Virus record (IMG/VR): IMGVR_UViG_3300024308_000302
Coordinates: 186,001 to 250,000 of that record
DNA: 64,000 nucleotides
Reading direction: 5' to 3' (one strand)
Part shown: one piece after another, positions 28,864 to 39,034 of the stretch
How positions within the stretch are numbered: position 1 is the stretch's first letter
Layout of the letters: each line of letters opens with the position of its first letter
Program-made: the position numbers and the translations under genes
Notes under the pieces: generated by a model
The model's input: only the letters and a program-made list of their open reading frames with translations
What the model was told of the DNA's origin: nothing
Database searches by the model: none

Positions 28864-29568
28864 TTAACTAACTAATGTTCCAACCTTTTCACCTAAAGCA
28901 ATAGAACTCAAGTTGTTCTTGCCCATAACGTCACAAACAACAATTGGAATATTGAAGTCTTTACACATTGTAAAAGCAGTCATATCCATAACTTCCAAAT
29001 TCTGATCTATAGCTTCTTTGAATGTCAAAGTATCATATTTAACAGCATCTGAATATTTATTAGGATCTTTGTTATATATACCATCTACTTTGGTAGCTTT
29101 AATAATTAAATCACAGTTTAACTCTTTAGCTTTAAGACTTGAAGCAGTATCAGTAGTTGAGAATGGATTACCAGTACCAGCAGAGAGAATAACAACACGT
29201 TTCTTATTGAGATGTTTTACAGCTTTAAGACGAATGAAAGGTTCAGCAACTTCATTAACAGCAATGGCTGTCATCACACGGTTTTCAATACCTTTGGATT
29301 TGAGCACATCTTGCAAATAGAGGCCATTCATAATAGTAGCCATCATACCCATATAGTCGGCTGTTGCAGGGTCTACACCATGCCCATTCAAGCTTTTACC
29401 ACGACAAATATTACCACCACCTACGACAATAGCAATCTCTGCACCCAATTTGTGCAAGCCAGCAATTTCGTCCACAATAGCATTAACTGTTTCTTTACTA
29501 TAACCAAATTTATCATCACCCATAAGTGACTCACCACTTAACTTCAACAGTATACGTTTATATTTCAT
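28864..29568 (-). CDS. pyrH: UMP kinase
   Basis: KYKRILLKLSGESL, VVGGGNICRG, DYMGMMATIMN, GTGNPFSTTD, KATKVDGIY, VMDMTAF. Confidence 0.96.
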   Translation of the reverse strand: MKYKRILLKLSGESLMGDDKFGYSKETVNAIVDEIAGLHKLGAEIAIVVGGGNICRGKSLNGHGVDPATADYMGMMATIMNGLYLQDVLKSKGIENRVMTAIAVNEVAEPFIRLKAVKHLNKKRVVILSAGTGNPFSTTDTASSLKAKELNCDLIIKATKVDGIYNKDPNKYSDAVKYDTLTFKEAIDQNLEVMDMTAFTMCKDFNIPIVVCDVMGKNNLSSIALGEKVGTLVS

Positions 29569-29645
29569 GTAAGATCCTCATATTCGCTTTCGATATAATA
29601 TATTATTGAATACAAACAGTCAATATTTCCATAATAATAATAAAT

Positions 29646-29669
29646 AAAAAAACCACCCGAAGGTGGTTT
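29646..29669 (-). terminator. intrinsic terminator (identical to the one at 59484)
   Basis: AAAAAACCACC-CGAA-GGTGGTTT. Confidence 0.85.
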
Positions 29670-29687
29670 ATTAAGTATTCTAACTAT

Positions 29688-30023
29688 TTAAACTTTCATA
29701 TTTTTTAAGTTTTCAATTGAATCCTCAATAGTAGCCGCATTAGAAGAGTGCTTTTTTTGCTTACGGATAAGAGATTCAATTTCTTCATCAATACGTGCAT
29801 TGAATTCCGAATCGTTTTCTTCTCTGGTCAAAACGATTTCTTCGTCAATGTTGCTATAGCCAGAATCGAATCGAATATTAGCAGCAGAACCATATTGGCT
29901 AATCAATTCAGCAACACGTTGTTGTACTTCAGCCAGTGTAGAGCATTCAGTAATCATATTTTCAACACAAATACGAGTCTCAATAACTTTCCGCTGGAAT
30001 GCTGCACTTTTAGTTTTTGACAT
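29688..30023 (-). CDS. hypothetical protein
   Basis: AGGAG RBS; 111 aa. Confidence 0.8.
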   Translation of the reverse strand: MSKTKSAAFQRKVIETRICVENMITECSTLAEVQQRVAELISQYGSAANIRFDSGYSNIDEEIVLTREENDSEFNARIDEEIESLIRKQKKHSSNAATIEDSIENLKNMKV

Positions 30024-30074
30024 TTCTATAACTCCTATTTAACAACAGTGTGATTTAAGATTTAATGTAACAAT

Positions 30075-30620
30075 TTAAAGGCTAAACAGAACTTTTTCCA
30101 TTGGACTTTGCATTTGAGGCCAGAAATAATAGCCTTTATAATCATTTGAATACATTTTGTACATGTACTCTGCAAATTCAAGATTAGACATATGGTCAAA
30201 AGGATTTTCAGAGATCATTTTGGTGCAATGTCTTTCCAAAAACTTCGCCATTTGTCCTTCAACTTGAGCAAAAAGCTCATCCCCAAAAACTCGACGCTGA
30301 ATTGAAACCGCATCAACTAAGTTTTTAAAATTGTAATAAGTAGTATGTAGAAACATAACAGTAACATTCAAAATGAAAGGTGCTTCCAAAATATCTTTTT
30401 TCTGTTGAGCGAAGACATGCTCAAGCTCAGAAGTAGTAATAAGTTTCACATAATCAAGGTCATCACTTACAACAGAACGCATAACATCCCAACGCCAAGT
30501 CGATGGATCACTGTTAGGTGCAGCGTGTTTTTTCAAAACATCAACCAAAGGAGCCACATCTTTCGTAATATTGTTTTTGATGTCATCAAAAGCAGCTTCA
30601 AAATCTCTAACAAGATCCAT
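30075..30620 (-). CDS. hypothetical protein
   Basis: AGGTG RBS and a TGCTATAAT promoter. Confidence 0.8.
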   Translation of the reverse strand: MDLVRDFEAAFDDIKNNITKDVAPLVDVLKKHAAPNSDPSTWRWDVMRSVVSDDLDYVKLITTSELEHVFAQQKKDILEAPFILNVTVMFLHTTYYNFKNLVDAVSIQRRVFGDELFAQVEGQMAKFLERHCTKMISENPFDHMSNLEFAEYMYKMYSNDYKGYYFWPQMQSPMEKVLFSL

Positions 30621-30698
30621 AAATCACCTATGAGTGTTTGTTTATGGTTGAATTATAGCACAAATATTGAAATAGGTCTAATTGTTTATTTAATTTAA

Positions 30699-31343
30699 TC
30701 AAACAAAAATCATTTCAATAAGCGAAATTGTATTTTTCAAAGAATCAACATTATCAAATGACAAATCTTCGTTCATCTTAGTTTTGAAGATGTTTTTAAT
30801 CTTACTCTTTGTAGAATCTGAGGCTGATTCGAAGTCATCAGCAAACATATTCATAAGTTTATAGAAAACAACCTTTAATTCATCAAATGATTTAAAAGGA
30901 GTCATACTTAAAGCAGGTTTATTATCTAGAAATGCTCTAACAGTTAAATTGTTTTTTTTGTACTGAGAGCATTGAAATAATATCTTTTTCCCTAAAACAG
31001 TAGCTGGCATTTGAATGAAGTGATCTGAATAATCTAAATCATCTTTAAAGAATTCTGATTGTGCAAATATATCATTAGAAATAATACGAAGTCCAGAATC
31101 ATCATACCAATACAATAAAGCATCTGACAAAACAATGTTATACAAAGATTTTTGGCTTTCCAAACTTAATATATATCGAACATCATTAGACTTCTGATGA
31201 ATGCTGAAACTAAATACTGGAATTTCATTAATGAAACAATACTCAAAAATAGTGAGATTATTTTTTAAAGAAATTATTTTGTCAGATAGCATAACTAAAT
31301 ACAGTTGACTAACAATTGAATTAAGCTGCACATTAGACTCCAC
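30699..31343 (-). CDS. hypothetical protein, C-terminal M(-4) family (subgroup B-like)
   Basis: GTG start; ends LSFDNVDSLKNTISLIEMIFV. Confidence 0.78.
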   Translation of the reverse strand: MESNVQLNSIVSQLYLVMLSDKIISLKNNLTIFEYCFINEIPVFSFSIHQKSNDVRYILSLESQKSLYNIVLSDALLYWYDDSGLRIISNDIFAQSEFFKDDLDYSDHFIQMPATVLGKKILFQCSQYKKNNLTVRAFLDNKPALSMTPFKSFDELKVVFYKLMNMFADDFESASDSTKSKIKNIFKTKMNEDLSFDNVDSLKNTISLIEMIFV

Positions 31344-31390
31344 TATATAAAATATTAAGTATTATAACAAAATCAATAAAATTTGTAAAC

Positions 31391-31413
31391 AAAAAAGAGG
31401 CCGAAGCCTCTTT
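31391..31413 (-). terminator. GAGGC-family terminator (exact 20-mer)
   Basis: AAAAAAGAGGC-CGAA-GCCTCTTT. Confidence 0.88.
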
Positions 31414-31427
31414 AGAAGTTCAAGAAA

Positions 31428-31961
31428 TTATTTACGTTTCTTAGAAGGTTCCTTGAAAGTGATATAACGCAATTCTTCCTCAGATAGTTTCGACTTTACA
31501 GATTCAATGATAGAAAGGAACTTTGCATTGTTTTTTTGTTTTAGTTCTTCCTCTGCTTTAAGATTGGCATCAATTTCATCTTTAAAGTGTTTATATTGTT
31601 TAGTCACAATATCTTCAAAATTCATCCAAACAAAGTCAAAAGGAACTTTTTCTTGATAAAGATCGAATACCTTATCTTTATATCTGGTAGGCTTTCCAGC
31701 AATAACAACAGAAACAAAATCAGTATGACGGTCAACATCAAAGAAACCATTAGTTTCAGCCTCTTCATTAAGATTGTCAAAATCCCACCAATCCAAATCA
31801 TATTCAGTAATATCAGCAATCATACGAACAACATAATTAAGTCGTTCTGAAATGGAATTACGAAGAGTTTTAAGTTCTGCAACAGTTATCTTGCCTTCGA
31901 TTACAAGACGCATTACAGCAGCATCAAGTGGTTCAACAAACACTGCATGATTTTTACTCAT
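31428..31961 (-). CDS. hypothetical protein
   Basis: GAGGA RBS; 177 aa. Confidence 0.8.
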   Translation of the reverse strand: MSKNHAVFVEPLDAAVMRLVIEGKITVAELKTLRNSISERLNYVVRMIADITEYDLDWWDFDNLNEEAETNGFFDVDRHTDFVSVVIAGKPTRYKDKVFDLYQEKVPFDFVWMNFEDIVTKQYKHFKDEIDANLKAEEELKQKNNAKFLSIIESVKSKLSEEELRYITFKEPSKKRK

Positions 31962-32027
31962 AGTTAAGTCCTCTGAATTTTAGAAATAAATTATACCATA
32001 TTTCGGATATAGTAACAAACAAAATTT

Positions 32028-32414
32028 TTAATTTTTAAGCCGATATGAATGTGCTAGCCCCTTTGAATGAAAAGTCTTTCCATCCAAAATAACTTCAACC
32101 TTGATGTTTGCACCACCTTTAATCACAAGACCAGTGTAGGTATTGCCATCAAAATCAAATTCAACAGTAGTGCCTTTCTCAATGTTCAAAAAACAATCAG
32201 AATAAGCTTTGGCCAGTGAATCTGGCATATCTCGTTTAGAGAGTAACGAATAGTTCAAAACAGATGGTGAAACATGTGAAAGAGTCTTCAAAGATTGAGA
32301 AACATTATCAAAAAGAACAAGATTGAGGTATTTGCCAGCTTTTTGAACAAAGCCAACATAAGATAAACCATTATGGTTCAAAGAAAAAATGTCACCACGC
32401 TTAAGATCGCTCAT
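32028..32414 (-). CDS. hypothetical protein with a tandem KOW/SH3-like repeat
   Basis: GGAG RBS; KRGDIFSLNHNGLSYVGFVQKAG parallels EKGTTVEFDFDGNTYTGLVIKGG. Confidence 0.75.
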   Translation of the reverse strand: MSDLKRGDIFSLNHNGLSYVGFVQKAGKYLNLVLFDNVSQSLKTLSHVSPSVLNYSLLSKRDMPDSLAKAYSDCFLNIEKGTTVEFDFDGNTYTGLVIKGGANIKVEVILDGKTFHSKGLAHSYRLKN

Positions 32415-32544
32415 AAACACGCTCCATTGAAGGTAATGGCTTATTATACCATAAAGGATCTCTTATATTCAACAAATAATGATTGATTAGGTTCTTATTT
32501 TTAGTTATAATACACATCGAAATAAAATTTTGAGGAATAGAAAA

Positions 32545-32925
32545 GTGATCGATAATCTGAAAAAAGAGATTTCAAACCTTGAACAACTTCTTACTCTGAA
32601 AAAAGAAGAGTTGGCTAAATTGATTGAAGATGAGAAATTCAAAAATAAAAATCAATTGATTGCCCTTGCTGAAATGAGAGATCAATTTGCTGGCATTACT
32701 GATCTACTTTTGGTAAATAACACCCCAGAAGATATTGAAAACGTAAGAAAGCAATTTGAAGATAACTTCATGTGTGGATATAGAGTACATTTCTACAAAA
32801 TTAAAGACATTAAAAAAGCATATAGATTTTTAAATGAAAACATGGACAACAGTTCGTACAGTCAATCAACATTGTATGAATGGATGGATAAGAACGAAAA
32901 ATATTTAATTAATAAGGAATATTAA
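32545..32925 (+). CDS. hypothetical coiled-coil protein (GTG start assumed)
   Basis: GAGGA RBS upstream of GTG; N-terminal heptad pattern. Confidence 0.72.
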   Translation: MIDNLKKEISNLEQLLTLKKEELAKLIEDEKFKNKNQLIALAEMRDQFAGITDLLLVNNTPEDIENVRKQFEDNFMCGYRVHFYKIKDIKKAYRFLNENMDNSSYSQSTLYEWMDKNEKYLINKEY

Positions 32926-32941
32926 TCAAAACAAAAGTAAT

Positions 32942-32968
32942 AAAAAAAGAGGCTAATGCCTCTTTTTT
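32942..32968. terminator. GAGGC-family bidirectional terminator
   Basis: AAAAAAAGAGGC-TAAT-GCCTCTTTTTT between convergent genes. Confidence 0.85.
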
Positions 32969-32983
32969 ATTGATATAAACTTA

Positions 32984-33562
32984 TTATGTAATCGCAAAAA
33001 CACCTTCATAATCCACACTATAACCAATCTTTTTAAGATTATTCATGGCTTCTTGCATTTGCTTATGTCGAAAATCGGAAATCTCAGCATCAGTTAGTTC
33101 TAGTCGAGTAATAACAACTGTTACACCATCTTGCAGTTTGACATAAGAAGATTCATCATCATAACAAATAATTCGATCTTCAAGGACTAGCGAATTATTC
33201 AACATTTTGTTTTCTAAAGCCCAACAAAGAGTACCAATAACATTATGTTGACCATTTTTAAGAGGTTCTGCAATAAAGAGTTCTTTAAAAGCAGAAAGAT
33301 CGTTATTTTCAGTATCGACACCAAAGCGTGCTAAACTTTCAGCAAACTTATCATTTAAAGTGGACAATTCATCATTTTGAATAATAAAAGATTCAGAATT
33401 ATCATTAAGAAGAATATTGACAATATAACGACAATTAGGCTCAACACTGGTATGCATGAAAGCATCAATGGCTTTTTCAAGTTTGAGCTTTAGAGCAATC
33501 AAAGTATTTGCTGCTTCTTGAGTATTTTTGGCTTTACCAATATCAATGCGTGCAGATGTCAT
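32984..33562 (-). CDS. hypothetical protein
   Basis: AAGGAG RBS; 192 aa. Confidence 0.8.
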   Translation of the reverse strand: MTSARIDIGKAKNTQEAANTLIALKLKLEKAIDAFMHTSVEPNCRYIVNILLNDNSESFIIQNDELSTLNDKFAESLARFGVDTENNDLSAFKELFIAEPLKNGQHNVIGTLCWALENKMLNNSLVLEDRIICYDDESSYVKLQDGVTVVITRLELTDAEISDFRHKQMQEAMNNLKKIGYSVDYEGVFAIT

Positions 33563-33679
33563 CTATGTGTTCTCCTTAAATGTTGTTAAATTATATCAAA
33601 AACAAAGGTTACGTGCAATTAATAATGTTAAATTAGAACCATCTCAATCACTGAAACAGATTGCTCAAATAAACTCTAT

Positions 33680-34711
33680 TTAAATATAAGCCATTTGATA
33701 TAATTCTAAATGTTCTTTCGTAAAGTCTTCAAGTTTGATACCAAGATCTGATAACAAGCCATCCCTGTAAAGGGCTAACAGATAATCATACAATGAATTC
33801 AAATTATTAAATTTTACAGTATTAAACTTTCCATCAGTGTCATGATAAGTTAATATGTATTTCTCAGGATCTTCAATAATACTAATAGAAATATATTTGC
33901 TATCACTCCAGACACTCGATGAATTGAAGTCATGAAAACATATTGAATATATAGAATGAGTAAAATGTTTGTTATTTGCAAATATTTTATTTAAATTATC
34001 AGTTTCAAAATCAAAGTTAAAATAAGTTCCATTAAGTGATTTATTCAAAGCTACTGCAGAAAAATTAATTAAAGAAAATATTTGATTAAATATACGACAG
34101 TCATCTGAAGGAAAAATTTTAGCAGTGATACTTGTCATTTCATTATAGTTAAGTGGATTAGAAGTATCAATTGAGAAGTCTTTCAAACACTCTTCTTTTG
34201 TGTACATATTCATATTTAAAGATTTAATACGTTCATCAAATAAAACATATCTATCCATACAACGAATTCGATTCAAATCTTTAAGGGTTTTAATTGTCGG
34301 ATGAAAAGTAATTAATTCAAGCGAAAATTGATAAATATTTTCAAATGTAGACTTCTCACTATATGAACGAACATGCCAACCATCAGCCAAAGTAAAAAGA
34401 ATACTTAATTCAAGCGTGATATCTATAAGAATGTGATTTTCAAAAATAAAAAGTTCACTTTTTTGATTGAATTTTTGAGGAATAGGGGCTTCTGATTCTA
34501 TATAATGCTTGAATTGAACCAAAGCGTGCTGTTGAAGCATAGAAGATGCTGATAACCCAGTTAAATCTTTAAGATAATAAGCAAATTCTTTATTAAAATT
34601 GAAAGAATAATAATCATACTTATCATAAATTAAAGAATGCTCAAAATCATTTTTGGATGATCCAATAAATATTTTCAATTTTTCGTAAATATCATAAATA
34701 AATTGATTCAT
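33680..34711 (-). CDS. hypothetical protein, C-terminal M(-4) family (subgroup A)
   Basis: GGAGG RBS; ends LGIKLEDFTKEHLELYQMAYI. Confidence 0.85.
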   Translation of the reverse strand: MNQFIYDIYEKLKIFIGSSKNDFEHSLIYDKYDYYSFNFNKEFAYYLKDLTGLSASSMLQQHALVQFKHYIESEAPIPQKFNQKSELFIFENHILIDITLELSILFTLADGWHVRSYSEKSTFENIYQFSLELITFHPTIKTLKDLNRIRCMDRYVLFDERIKSLNMNMYTKEECLKDFSIDTSNPLNYNEMTSITAKIFPSDDCRIFNQIFSLINFSAVALNKSLNGTYFNFDFETDNLNKIFANNKHFTHSIYSICFHDFNSSSVWSDSKYISISIIEDPEKYILTYHDTDGKFNTVKFNNLNSLYDYLLALYRDGLLSDLGIKLEDFTKEHLELYQMAYI

Positions 34712-34836
34712 AATGCCTCCAAAATATGATGCCTAAGTATATCATAGCAGTAGTACATAAGCAATTAGATAAGATAAAATGTACACAAAACAAAAATGTG
34801 ATATAATAATATTAATATCTAATTAAAGACGAATAT

Positions 34837-35430
34837 ATGAAAAAAAATAAATTATTTAAAGCTCATATAAGTGACATGATGAAAATAGATGTGAGACATT
34901 TCTATTCAATAATGCATGAAAAAGAAAAACAAAAAAAAGAGATACAAGAAGAAATATCTAAAAATAGCAAATATCATAAAGGATGTGTTATGTTAGCAGG
35001 CGGAATAGGATTGCTTACTATTGGTATGGCCATAACAAATAACTATGATGTTTATAAAATAGATAAAGACATCATACATGCCAGTTTTGTAACAACATTA
35101 TTTGCTGGAGCAATTAGTTCAAAAATTTATAAACATTTGAATGAACTTATTAATCAACATTTTAAAATGCTCAAAGATCCAATAAGTTACAAACATGAAC
35201 AATTTGAAAAAAAATTAGTTGAATACTTAAATGAACAAGGTCATCCAACAGAATACCAATATATATCAACAATAGATGATTATTTTGAGCTTAAAAACAT
35301 ATCAAAAAATTCAGAAAATTATGAAAAAGAATTACATCAGAAAACAACAAAATATGTAGAAAAAATCATTAATGCTTATATAGAACCAGACGTTGCAAGA
35401 AAAAACACAATAAAACAAAACAAGCCATAG
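34837..35430 (+). CDS. membrane protein (2 central TM)
   Basis: Hydrophobic VMLAGGIGLLTIGMAIT and ASFVTTLFAGAIS segments; basic tail. Confidence 0.75.
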   Translation: MKKNKLFKAHISDMMKIDVRHFYSIMHEKEKQKKEIQEEISKNSKYHKGCVMLAGGIGLLTIGMAITNNYDVYKIDKDIIHASFVTTLFAGAISSKIYKHLNELINQHFKMLKDPISYKHEQFEKKLVEYLNEQGHPTEYQYISTIDDYFELKNISKNSENYEKELHQKTTKYVEKIINAYIEPDVARKNTIKQNKP

Positions 35431-35510
35431 ATATATTTAATAATTTTTTCTTTATTTTGAGGTCTTAATATGATAAAATATGTTATCGAAATATTATAAA
35501 AAGGCTGATT

Positions 35511-36155
35511 ATGATAGAAATTAAAGATATTGCAAGCTTGAAAGAAGCATTAACTACAGACAGTCAATCAGGTCTGTTTGTTAAGCCTTTGAAAGAATTT
35601 ATTAAAGAAGGTATTGTAATGGATTCTGGAACTAGACCAGAGTATCGATATCCATTAGATGAAGATGCTAATGAAATATTATTATTCCAAGTGAAAAAAT
35701 CTGTTATTACATTCAAAAGTTATATGAAAAAAATAAATGAAAATTATCAATATCATAGATCAAATGACTTACCAGCTACTATCACATACAACGATAATGG
35801 GTATCCTTTTTTTTATCAATGGTTTATTGAAGGATATAAATGTAGAGACAACGTAATGAAACCAATCACTGTTGAAAACAATGGTGATGAATTCTGGCAT
35901 TTCAAATACCAATATGATATCAGTGAAACACATCTACTTGCAGTCGCAAATATTACATATATTCATTCTAAACGACAAGATAAGCTAAGAGATATAGCTA
36001 TTGAGTGTAATGGAACATATATAGATTATAATTTAGAAAAAGCAAAAAGAATGGTGCCAGAAATTGATGACATTAAATTTGAAGATTGCTTTGATTTAAG
36101 TAAAAATATATTCACCGAAGATTATATTACAGTAATTGAAATGGCAAACATATAA
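35511..36155 (+). CDS. hypothetical protein, C-terminal M(-4) family
   Basis: AAGG RBS; ends LSKNIFTEDYITVIEMANI. Confidence 0.82.
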   Translation: MIEIKDIASLKEALTTDSQSGLFVKPLKEFIKEGIVMDSGTRPEYRYPLDEDANEILLFQVKKSVITFKSYMKKINENYQYHRSNDLPATITYNDNGYPFFYQWFIEGYKCRDNVMKPITVENNGDEFWHFKYQYDISETHLLAVANITYIHSKRQDKLRDIAIECNGTYIDYNLEKAKRMVPEIDDIKFEDCFDLSKNIFTEDYITVIEMANI

Positions 36156-36166
36156 TTATTGGAAAT

Positions 36167-36190
36167 AAAAGAGGCTGAAGCCTCTTTTTT
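36167..36190. terminator. GAGGC-family bidirectional terminator
   Basis: AAAAGAGGC-TGAA-GCCTCTTTTTT. Confidence 0.85.
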
Positions 36191-36195
36191 ATTGC

Positions 36196-36567
36196 TTAGT
36201 AATTGTCTGAATATATAATTAACTCAACTTTATCAATCATATGTTCAAGTCCAACCTTGCGAAGTGCATCAAGAAACTCAGATTTCAAATTGGCAGATAT
36301 TGAACCATATTCGGCATTAATCTTACTGAATTCAGATAGAGTAACTGCTTTACCATAATGAGGCAACTCACCAAGCGATCTCAAAACAGCAGTAGACCAA
36401 TCATGTTGTGGGTAATCTTCTGTATGACTTACAAAAACAAATCCGACCTTTGAATCTATCATTTGTAGATTTCTATCATTCTCAACTATATTTTGAGCAT
36501 TATCAAACTCAAACTCTTTAATTGAAGATGATAAAAAACCATAACCATATTTAAGATAATGTTGCAT
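36196..36567 (-). CDS. hypothetical protein (start refined to MQHYL)
   Basis: AGGAG RBS at the refined start. Confidence 0.78.
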   Translation of the reverse strand: MQHYLKYGYGFLSSSIKEFEFDNAQNIVENDRNLQMIDSKVGFVFVSHTEDYPQHDWSTAVLRSLGELPHYGKAVTLSEFSKINAEYGSISANLKSEFLDALRKVGLEHMIDKVELIIYSDNY

Positions 36568-36696
36568 AATGTAACTCCTTAAAACATATAATAATATCAT
36601 TTAAATAATAAAAAGTAAAGTTTAATAATTTCTTTACATTGACTTTTTTTATAAAAAAAATATATTAAATATACGAAAAAATAAAAGGAGATAACA

Positions 36697-37419
36697 ATGA
36701 CAAATATTAAAAAGCTTGCATTAATAATAGCCACAACAGTAATAACAACAAATATAGCATTTGCAGGTACAAACAAAGAAGAAACTCGTAAAGAAAATGA
36801 AAACATGAAACAAAAGATCCTAGACAATAAAGCAATCTTGGAAAAAGAACGTGAAATGTTATTTCCCAAGCAAGAGTCTTATGATATAAGTACAATAACT
36901 GTTACTTTTTCTCCAAAAAATCAAGAAGATGATATAGTGTCAGAATTAATAGCAATGAATGAATTATTAATAAAAACAAATAACATTAACCAAACAATCA
37001 ATAATTATGGAAATATTAAAGAATATGAAAGCCAATCTCAAAGTATTCTTTCTAATACATTAAGTAGAGTATCACAAGAAAGAATAATGAATTACAAATA
37101 TAAACAAGAAGATGGTGTAATAAATTCAGTAGATATAAAGTTAAGTAACGTAAAATCATATAAACTAAGAGAAACTGACGATAATAAATATACATTATTC
37201 TTTAATATAAAAAATGAAAAATTAGGTAAAAGTAATGAACAATTGAATTCTGACGAGTATTCATTATCAAAGATACCATCAATAAAAACGGATGAACTTA
37301 ATCAAGCAGTTGTTTTAAAGAAAGGAGAATATAAAGTAGTCAACATATATCAGAACCTACCTAATGATAAAGATATCGGGAAAGAATACACTGCAACTAT
37401 TATGAAGTTGACACAATAA
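36697..37419 (+). CDS. secreted protein; C-terminus weakly resembles the end of a secretin-type domain
   Basis: AGGAG RBS; signal peptide ending AFA; KIPSIKTDELNQAVVLKKGEYKVV. Confidence 0.75.
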   Translation: MTNIKKLALIIATTVITTNIAFAGTNKEETRKENENMKQKILDNKAILEKEREMLFPKQESYDISTITVTFSPKNQEDDIVSELIAMNELLIKTNNINQTINNYGNIKEYESQSQSILSNTLSRVSQERIMNYKYKQEDGVINSVDIKLSNVKSYKLRETDDNKYTLFFNIKNEKLGKSNEQLNSDEYSLSKIPSIKTDELNQAVVLKKGEYKVVNIYQNLPNDKDIGKEYTATIMKLTQ

Positions 37420-37425
37420 TAAATT

Positions 37426-37449
37426 AAAGAGGCTAGAAAGCCTCTTTTT
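37426..37449. terminator. GAGGC-family bidirectional terminator
   Basis: AAAGAGGC-TAGAAA-GCCTCTTTTT between convergent stops. Confidence 0.82.
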
Positions 37450-38281
37450 AAATGTTTTTCATTTCTTCTATTATTAAAAAATCTTTAAGTTCTGCAATGG
37501 AATTAACATTGACATTGTTTATTTTGAACATTGAAAATATAAGATTTCGAAAAGCACAAAAATCAGATTGAATAAATTCATCATAAGGAATAGTGAGTGA
37601 TTGATTATAAACAAATATATTACACGTAATATAATATTCGTTATATTGAATATGTTCTTTAACTCTAAATGAAAGAATAGTATCTTTAGCATTATTATTC
37701 ATTTTAGCTTTGCTATCAAATCTAATTTCAGCAACAGAAAAAGTTATTTCGAATTCATCATAAGGATCTTTAAATACTTCACCATATAAGCCATAATCAT
37801 ATATTGATTTAAATATAAATCCTTCAAACTCAAAAATGTTATCTATTTGCTTTAGTGCATGCAATAATTTACCAGAATTTAAAAAACAATAATTTCTGTA
37901 ATAGTTATTAGATGATGATGCTTCTAAATAATCAACCATAAACATACGAAAAATGTCTATGGCTGATTTACCATCAATAAAAAGATCTTGTATGTATATA
38001 TTAATAGTTATGATGCTAGGAACTAACTTTAAATGACGAAATAAAGAATGCTCTTGTTCAAATGAAATATATAATCTACCATCATTAACTTCAAAAGTAA
38101 CACGAATAGAAAAATCATCCTTGTAAACAATCTTAGACTCATCTTGGACAATTTTAAAAAGGTCAATAATTTTATCAGAATTTACAATTTCTAAATTTTG
38201 AATTGAATTAATATATTTAACAACTGCATCACAATTAACAGTATGCAGTTTAAATAATGAAGTTGATTCAATATATTTCAT
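37448..38281 (-). CDS. hypothetical protein, C-terminal M(-4) family (subgroup B)
   Basis: Starts MKYIESTSLF; ends NVNSIAELKDFLIIEEMKNI. Confidence 0.85.
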   Translation of the reverse strand: MKYIESTSLFKLHTVNCDAVVKYINSIQNLEIVNSDKIIDLFKIVQDESKIVYKDDFSIRVTFEVNDGRLYISFEQEHSLFRHLKLVPSIITINIYIQDLFIDGKSAIDIFRMFMVDYLEASSSNNYYRNYCFLNSGKLLHALKQIDNIFEFEGFIFKSIYDYGLYGEVFKDPYDEFEITFSVAEIRFDSKAKMNNNAKDTILSFRVKEHIQYNEYYITCNIFVYNQSLTIPYDEFIQSDFCAFRNLIFSMFKINNVNVNSIAELKDFLIIEEMKNI

Positions 38282-38295
38282 ACAAAACCTATTAT

Positions 38296-39003
38296 TTATT
38301 TCAATTTAAGTTTTTTAAGCATACAGTATTCATCAGGGTCTGCATTTTTATCATTTTTGTAAACAAAACCAAGACCTTCCAACAATGATACAATTTCACG
38401 AATCGTAGAACTTGACACAGAATCAGTCAGAACAAAGTGTTCTTCATCACATTTATCAAAAGTATCTGGAAGAATTCCTCTTAGAATATCAGTGATATAT
38501 TCATTAGTATCTTCATTTCGTTTACGATAGTACATAAAAATACAATATGATTCACCATCGTTTTCGAACATAGATGTATCAAGACCATTGTTCACAGTAG
38601 AAATGTCATTTGCATAAATCAAATCTGGGAAATAGAAACAAAATTCATTTGCAATTTTCGTCTGATTATCTACAGGCATTGATTTAATTTGATTGATAGT
38701 GTTCTCAACAAAATCATAGTCATCATCAGCATCAAGTTTTTTTAGTGCTGATTTAACAAATTTACTACCATCGAATTCTGTTGGGTCTTTAGCAGTTGAA
38801 TTTGGATTACCATTATGAACAATCAATGAACCATCAGCTAATTCTTTGACCATATAGATATTGCCAGAAATATCAGAGAATTCTCTAATATAAAGTCCAT
38901 CTGAATCTTTATATTTAGTCAGCCTTTTCAATTTTGCAGAACTGGTCAAATTGAATTCTTTGTTAAGAAAATTTTTGCAATCATCAGTAGTAACAGTAGA
39001 CAT
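38296..39003 (-). CDS. acidic hypothetical protein
   Basis: AGGAG RBS; 235 aa. Confidence 0.82.
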   Translation of the reverse strand: MSTVTTDDCKNFLNKEFNLTSSAKLKRLTKYKDSDGLYIREFSDISGNIYMVKELADGSLIVHNGNPNSTAKDPTEFDGSKFVKSALKKLDADDDYDFVENTINQIKSMPVDNQTKIANEFCFYFPDLIYANDISTVNNGLDTSMFENDGESYCIFMYYRKRNEDTNEYITDILRGILPDTFDKCDEEHFVLTDSVSSSTIREIVSLLEGLGFVYKNDKNADPDEYCMLKKLKLK

Positions 39004-39034
39004 AATAACTCCTATAAATTATTTATTTAGCACA

